64,000 nt of DNA from Eledone cirrhosa (Eukaryota): contig OZ024742.1 of NCBI GenBank assembly GCA_964016885.1, forward strand, positions 320,106,001 through 320,170,000, read 5' to 3'. Shown here in pieces: positions 56,911-64,000 of the stretch. Position 1 is the first letter of the stretch. Each line of letters starts with the position of its first letter. A program made the translations under genes and the position numbers. The notes below the pieces were generated by a model. That model worked only from the letters and a program-made list of their open reading frames with translations, was not told the DNA's origin and searched no databases.

Positions 56911-57089
56911 CTAGCGAATGGATTAAAGCTTACGCCATATCATCGAGGGCTGGTTCGAAAGTCTATAACTCTTTTGTCAATAATGGAAACATTTCAGAGT
57001 GGATGGTGGACAAATGCCTTGGTAGTTTTTGCCCAAATTTCTTCCGGCATCCTATCCTTGACATTTGGGAACATCTTCCAATTGATGAG
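56911..57089 (+). CDS. Exon 2 of the same gene
   Basis: ttacAG acceptor, phase 1 matching exon 1. Reads (A)SEWIKAYAISSRAGSKVYNSFVNNGNISEWMVDKCLGSFCPNFFRHPILDIWEHLPIDE, then GAG|GTATAT donor (phase 0). Confidence 0.85.
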
Positions 57090-58664
57090 GTATATATGCA
57101 CATATACACATATCGTACACGAACATGCATATGCACTCCCCACACACATATTCACAAACATGATTTTGAAATAATTGTAACAATCATTTCTGTATTTGGT
57201 TAGGATTGTTTGGGGAAAGAAAGTACAATGCAGGCTAGAAATACAACAGTGAAAAATAGAGTAAAAAAGAAAACAAAAGAATAATTTACACTTTTACCTT
57301 ATATTGCATGATATTTCGAGGTTAGGATCTCTTTTTCAAAAGAAACGAAATGGAATGTAATGTTTCCAACAAAGGGTTCATAACCTCGAAATATGAAATA
57401 AAGATAAAAGTGTAAATTATTCTTTTGTTTTCTTTTTCTTATTTTACTATACTCAAATTGCCACCCTTGTATTTTTATTTGTATTGTACCGGCTTTTTCA
57501 AAGCATTTCTAATCATATATTTCACAATGCTTTAAATAAACTGTACTATTTTATTTCTTTATTTGTTACAAGAGCAATGGATGAAGGTATATTAGAAAGA
57601 CAAATTACACAAATAGTGGCAGGTGGGTTTTATTTTACATAGAATTGTGTTTTAGAAAACGGATAATAAATATATGTTGGACAATCATCGATTCCGATGA
57701 TGAGTGTACCAGTTTTTTAATCAACTGAACAACCTGTTTGTGAAGTTAATGCGTAAGTGGTTGAGTATTCCACAGACATGTGTACTGTTAACGTAATGCT
57801 CAGAGATATTCAGTGTGACACAGTGTGTGTGTGTCAAGACTGGCTCTTTGAATCACATACTACTCATTTTTCCCCCGCTGAATGGCCTGGAGAAACATGA
57901 AATAAAATGTCTTGCTCAAGGACACAACGCGCAGCCGGGAATCGAGCTGACAACAGTATAAAATAAATTGAAATGAAAAGTCCTAATAAACGGACAACCA
58001 ACGTGAAGCAGGTGACCACACACACCCCGGATTACTATTACTGCCATTGATAAGTGCGCTCTCTGGTTTACAGGAGCATGCCGAAAGCATGGAGGGCGGG
58101 GGAATCACACCACTTTTTCAGTATCCTCTCTTCCACCATCGTTTTTTCTCCCCAAGCTGAACACAGAGCAGTTGGATGCCTTCAGTTCTGTCACTCTAAT
58201 CAACTAAACAACCAATTTCTCCATAACCATAGAAATATTAAAACTTCTTGCTCTTCACAAACCAGGGTAGGAAGAACGGGGTAAATTTCACGTTGAACAC
58301 AGAAGATAACCAGATCTATCCTACAACATTGGTGGCAGGGAGAAGGGAGATTTGCATGCACAGTCTTCTGATGTTCTCTCCCCACACAAAAAAATAAAAT
58401 AAAAAAACAATTTGCTCAGTGTTGCACCAGTTGCAAACTCATGGTCAGTCATGACTAAGTGGAGCCTTCATCCCCATACACATAGAATTCGAAGAAGACC
58501 AGGAGTTGGAATGCAAACTGGCTTAATCATCCTCATAATTTTGACACCCAATAAATGTTACTAAACCCTTTCCATCTGCCATAATGCACTATTTATTGAC
58601 TACACACAAATATGTATATATATGCACACATATACATATGTATAACAACTTCTCATTTTGCCAG

Positions 58665-58828
58665 ATGAAACTGGTGATTTACAACAGTGACATAGCTGTG
58701 GTAAATATGGTGTTTAATGGACGGAATTCCACCATTAACAATTGGTTCTCACATGAAAATTTGAAAAGTTCCTCATGGCCTAGCTTAATTTCTGCCAAGA
58801 CCAAGTTTTTTTCACTTTCTGGACGCCA
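58665..58828 (+). CDS. Exon 3 of the same gene
   Basis: ttttgccAG acceptor, phase 0. Reads MKLVIYNSDIAVVNMVFNGRNSTINNWFSHENLKSSSWPSLISAKTKFFSLSGR, then CA|GTAAGT donor (phase 2). Confidence 0.85.
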
Positions 58829-59913
58829 GTAAGTCATTATTCTCGCTCTCTCTTACTTACTCTCTTTCCTCTTGAAAAAACCACCTGTGTACAGAACTAA
58901 AAAGGGATAAGCTTGACCAGGTATAACGTACTCAAAATGTAACTCCTTTGAGATGGAGGCAGGATTTGAGCTCAGAACGCACAAAGCATTCCACCCGATT
59001 CTTTAATGATTTCTCCAAATCCAACACCACAGGATCATGACTTTATTTATCGACTCCGAGACGAAGTGTTGACAGGATTTGAACTCGAAGCACAGCGGGG
59101 GGTACCGAGGTACCACTCTTGGATAGATATTTTATTTATTGACTCCCGAAAGGATGAAAGGCAAAGTGTTAGCTTTAGTGAGATTTGAACTTAGAGCGTA
59201 GGGGGCTGGAAAATACCGAGGCATTTCACCCGGCGGTCAAACGAGTCTAACGCTATTTCATGTAAACTAAGGACGGCGAACCTTTTTAAGCTGCATTGGA
59301 TTTAACTGAAATCGAAAGAGGGTATATTTTAGAAAAAATATTGTTTCACTATTCTTCGGATATTTTACAAAGAAATATAAGTACCCCCCCCCCCCCCATC
59401 CCAATTATAATTAGTTTAAAAGAAAGACATAAGACCTAACATGAAATCAGCGAAATATACTCCAATACGAAGTGTTTCTTTTAGAAGAGCACATGTGGCC
59501 TCAACCCTTTTGATACTAAACTGAGACCGGTCTTAGTTCTATTATACAAAACTGTTTCTTTTGAAGTGCTTATATTCATCTAAAAACTTTCCATTGTAAT
59601 TTTATGTAAGAACCTTTGTTAATGTTCCAAATACAGGTGTAATAAAGACAAAGTTAGTTATATTACTAAATCCCTCCAAATTCCTGATTATTTTCGAAAT
59701 GATTTGAAAAAAAATAGTTTTCACCAGAAACATGGTAATTAAGACAAATAAATTCCTCACCTCTGGTTTTACGTTTTTACAAAACTGACATTTTTTATTT
59801 ATTATTAAAATAAAGTACCAGTAACGCACTGGGATAATTGCTGGCCTTGTGCCGAAAATAGAAACATTTATTATTACTTTTTGTTGTTGTAGTTGTCTTT
59901 TCTTGTTTCATAG

Positions 59914-60080
59914 TGAGGGTCGTCGCTTCTTCATCGCTGGTAACACGGCTTCTTGCGCCTTAGACATTGGTTGGCTGGTGGTCCATGAGGGTAAACATAC
60001 ATATTGTCCATGGGATGAACAACAGTTTTACCCTGAAATCATGTATTCGAATATAAGTTCAGATGTCGTATGAAATAACA
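59914..60080 (+). pseudogene. Exon 4 of the same gene; in-frame TGA at 60071-60073 just before the donor
   Basis: ttgtttcatAG acceptor, phase 2 matching exon 3. Reads (H)EGRRFFIAGNTASCALDIGWLVVHEGKHTYCPWDEQQFYPEIMYSNISSDVV*NN, then A|GTAAGT donor, implying a further exon that I could not locate. Confidence 0.8.
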
Positions 60081-60116
60081 GTAAGTAGTTCGCCGTCTGC
60101 ATATATATGTAAAGGC

Positions 60117-60420
60117 ACGTGGTTTAGTGATTAGTGTGTTCCGCTCACAACCGTAAAGTCATGAATTTGATTTCCGGCGGCGTGTTGTTCTCCTTGAGCA
60201 AGACATTTTATTTCATGTGCTTCCAGTCCACTCATCTGGAAAAAGTGATTTGTATCTGGAATTCAAAGGGTCGGTTTTGTCACAGACTAATACGCTGAAT
60301 TTCCCTGAGATGTTAAGGGTACATGTGTCTGTGGAATACCCAGCCACTGCCTTATTAATTTCAGGCAGGTTGTTCCGTTGATCAAACATATACAACACTC
60401 GTTGGAATCGACAGATATCC
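60117..60420 (+). mobile_element. tRNA-derived SINE, second family (TCCTTGAGCAAGACA core)
   Basis: Same sequence recurs at 2820-3125(+), 780-910(-), 12980-13110(-), 13210-13330(+), 29440-29630(+), 57690-57950(-). Head-only copies at 15450, 26880 and 31705. Confidence 0.75.
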
Positions 60421-60709
60421 GATAGCATATTTTGTGAATGAAATTGGGTAGACGGAAACTGTTTGGAGGCCCGTCAAGTGAACTGTCTGTAGTTCAAAGG
60501 GCCAGCTTTGTCACATTCACTGCATCATGCTGAATTTCACCAAGCCAGATTTTAACTCGGTTTCATAGGCATTAACTGATTGAACGTACAAAACAAAACG
60601 CCAGCGTTTTTACCTTCATCTAGAAACGTTGAGTTTGACTCACAACTAATTCTAATGTTTAAAAAATACATTAAATTTTGTTTTTATATATATGTGTCGA
60701 TATCTTTTG

Positions 60710-61140
60710 TTGAGGAACTACGCCTGTCCAGCTCGCAGTAAGATGTGAAGCTGCTGCTCACGTGGCCAGATATTTTACTGATCATACACCAATGTTCAAA
60801 CTGAGTATATGAAACGCCTTTAATAGTGTTAGACATGTCAAAGACGACCTCCTCCCTATACTCCTTCTGGCACACCTCTCTTACGGCACACCCAGCACAC
60901 TCCTTGCTGCTCACATCCACCACAGTTTTCCATCAAGGTGATCCACTCTATTCACTCCTCTTTGCATCAGCTGTTGACAGCATTGCCAACTTACTCCGCT
61001 CGCCTTTCAATGTCTGGTAGCTGGGCGACATGATACTGGACGGCTCGGTTAAGTCTGCCGTTGACGAGATCTTCATAAAATCAACCCTGTCATATCATTC
61101 TTCAGACTTTAGATTAACTCGTCCAAGTCTGAGAGTGATA
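60710..61140 (+). mobile_element. Degenerate CRE-like RT fragment
   Basis: CEAAAHVAR, NAFNSVR, QGDPL.SLLFASAVD..SPFNVW*L motifs with frameshifts. Confidence 0.7.
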
Positions 61141-62324
61141 TATGTGAGCTACGCAGAAACTCAGTATTAAGAGTCCGTACTCAGCATTCAGTCCATCCTG
61201 GTTGAAAATTTCAACTGAGTTGACGTGAGTAACGTGAAATAAAATGTTCTGGTCCAGAACAAATCATGCTACTCAATGAAGAAATAGAACACACGACATT
61301 ATGATCACTATATCAAACATCCTAACCACTAAAACAACAACAATAAAAAGAAAAAAAAGAAAAATAACGGTTGGCTGTTATTTGAAGAACATTTAGCAGC
61401 GAATTGTCAGAATCATTAGAACGTCAGATAGAATGATTTGTGGCATTCATGCCGACTCTCTCCGCTCACAGTTCAAAACCCACCGAGGTCAATTTTGCCT
61501 TTCATCCTTTCGAGGTCGATAGATAAAGTTCCAGTCCAGTACTGGGGCTTATTTCCCCTCTATATATCTTTCTCACTTCCTTTTTATCTCACTCTATTTC
61601 CCCATCTCTCTTTCTCTCTGGAAGAAATTGTGTTCGAACCCGGATAGTTTTAAAACGCCGAAAACACGTATGTTATTACGGTGCTCCTACGACACCATTG
61701 GGAGATATGGATCCATAGAAACATTCTAGTAAGCAAAACAACCATTTAGAGGTTTCTTCGTTCTCTTGTAATTGTTGTTAATGTTGCTGTTATTGTTGTT
61801 GTTGCAAGGGCAGAGAATTGGTAGAACCGTTAAAGCGTCGAACAGAATGCCTTATGGTATTTGTTCCTGCTTTTTACAATACTGGTTCAATCCCTCCGAG
61901 ATGAATTCTGCTTTTCATCCTTCTGTGTATGCATGTGTGTGAGTATGTGTGTGTGTGCGTTTGTGCGTGTGTTAGTGTGTGTTTGTTTATGTGTTTACCA
62001 GTCCGGATGTGTTTCTTTTATTCATTTAATTGATTCAGTCATTAGACTGTGACCTTGTTATGGCATGCACCGCCTTAAAGTAATTATCTTTTCAAATATG
62101 GTATTCATTTTATCGATCTCTTTTTGTGGAACCGCTAGATTACAGGACATATACACAGAAATAATGCAAACATAAACCCACACACACATTTACATATATC
62201 CATGAGCCAAATTTTATTCACAAGGCATTGATCAACCTGAGACTACAGTCAAAGTATTTTGTTGAAGTTGCCACGCCGTGGGATGAACCTGAAATCATGT
62301 GGTTACGAAGTGAACTCCTTCTTC

Positions 62325-62560
62325 TTCTTCGCCCACTTATTCTTGAGAGGGTCGTGGGGGCAGTCCTCAAAGACTCCCTATAGTGGGTCCTGTCAGAAGC
62401 AACCGTCTCCAACTAATCCGGCTGGATCCCCAAGCGTTACCAGTCAAGCTCATGGATATTATCCAACCATCTTGCTCGGTGTCTACCGCTGGGTCTTTTG
62501 CCGGTTGGTTTTGTCCGTAAAATCTGTCCAGCGATTCTTTCCTGAAATATTCTAACCACA
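62325..62560 (-). mobile_element. RTE (Expander/Rex3-like) 3' end fragment
   Basis: RPSGRHRARWLDNIHELDW*RLGIQPD*LETVA...LPPRP pattern. Confidence 0.65.
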
Positions 62561-64000
62561 TGTCCATAATATAGAACTCCAGACAAATCATATGTATTTA
62601 GCACTGATTAACTGATTATTAAAATAATTAATGAGCAGAGCAGTTTGAAATGGGGCCTTACATTTTAAATATGGGTCTATTACCAATTCTGGAGCCCAAT
62701 ATTTCACATCTGGCTTGGGTCTATAACTCTGGAACCTTACATTTCACATTTAGTTAGAACCTGTCACTAGCATTGTACGGACCTGCCAACATCCTTGTTG
62801 TTATTTCACTTTGCTGACATACGAAATGATTTTGGATACGCTATTGACATCAAAACTCATACCTCACTTTTCTTTTGAAGTAAGCTGAACTAGACATTAA
62901 TTAATTAGAAAAAAAATAAAACCTTGGATCACCAAATGTCAGGCTCTTAGCTCTTCTATTTATGGCAACAGTAGGTGGATTTGTAAATATTTATCCTGAT
63001 ATTTACATACAATGTACAGGCATTCAACAAGCAGTTTCTTTCTGATTGTCTTCGTATGCATAAACAAATCCCAACCTGCTTCAATATAACACAAACTAAA
63101 AATAAAACAAAATTGTTCTTAAACTATTTACGAATTGTGTGAAAGCTATACAGAGAATATGAATGGTTACATTTTCCAAAAGTACTCTTCTGGTCATCCA
63201 CACAAACAACAACAGTTCTTACTCAGTGAAGTAACATCTGCAGTTGTTCAGAGAACAATTGCTGAAACCAAATGGCATACAAAAACCTATACACATAATG
63301 TCATGTGAATATGTCTTAAACAAAGGCTTGATTAAGTAGCCGACAAACCTCGTGTAAAATCTAAATGGTTGCTTTATTATTTGAGAACAGTGGATTGGCA
63401 GAATCGGTAGAGCAACGAACAAAATAGCTTGCGTTATTTAGCTACAGCTCTTTACGTTCTGTGTTCAAATCTCGCCATGGTTAGCTTTGCTTTTCATCCT
63501 TCCGGGGTCGATAAAATAAAGTACCAGTCTAGTATTGGGTCGACCTAATCGATTTTCTCTTCCCGCGAAAATTGTTGGCCTAGTGCGTAAATTAGAAACC
63601 ATTATCTATGAACAGCTGATACGGTTTCAATTCCCATAAAAGAAATAAAATTAATTAATTTTGGTTTGGAGGGAGCAGCGATATGCCGATGGTCATCGCA
63701 AGTCCACCGGTGAGATAGATGCGTTAATATTCCATTTAGTTAGTGAAAGAATGGCCTCCTCCAAAACATTTTTGCAGAGCCCTTGAGACTGGTTGTGGGG
63801 TGGGGGAGGGAAGAATAACCCACTATTCGCACCAAAAACCTGATCGGAATTCTTGCAGCAATAAAGTGGATTCCACAAAAGGGATGTAGTGGTGTTGGTG
63901 ATAAACCGGGCAAAGATTAAGTAAGTCTACCACCCAACTAACAATAAATACATACCCAGTCCATCTTACAGGCTCCCACATAGTTTTCATCCACCCATTT

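Noticed and set aside
62640-63370. Possible decayed exons on the minus strand (Cys-rich pieces, an FGDP motif, short degenerate repeats)
   Set aside because: Stops in all frames and no consistent splice or phase model.

Overview
Eukaryotic, AT-rich, repeat-dense window. It is most likely cephalopod (Octopus-like); this is inferred from the SINE, LINE and microsatellite make-up, not from a search. Host genes: (1) the first coding exon of an actin gene on the minus strand (8637-8759), with a probable 5'UTR intron; (2) a four-exon gene on the plus strand (55129-60080) that the ORF track does not show as a unit. All its splice phases match, it encodes a secreted-looking PAN/Apple-like plus uncharacterised invertebrate domain protein, and it carries two in-frame TGA codons. 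The dominant structure is a 14-kb head-to-tail array (34221-48069) of young Tx1/L1-clade non-LTR retrotransposons and SINEs, each sitting in and ending with an (ATT)n tract. The two full-length copies share a split ORF1 (TAATAA-A-ATG) and a possible 52-nt intron that would fuse ORF1 to ORF2 in frame. Their 3' tail motif is shared with a SINE family and with a chimeric element carrying an R4/Dong-type RT fragment. Also present: a Penelope-like element, CRE- and RTE-clade fragments, a hAT MITE with an 8-bp TSD, three SINE families, a 3.2-kb (TACA/TATA)n satellite next to a 200-N gap, and several long palindromes, some built from hammerhead-like motifs.
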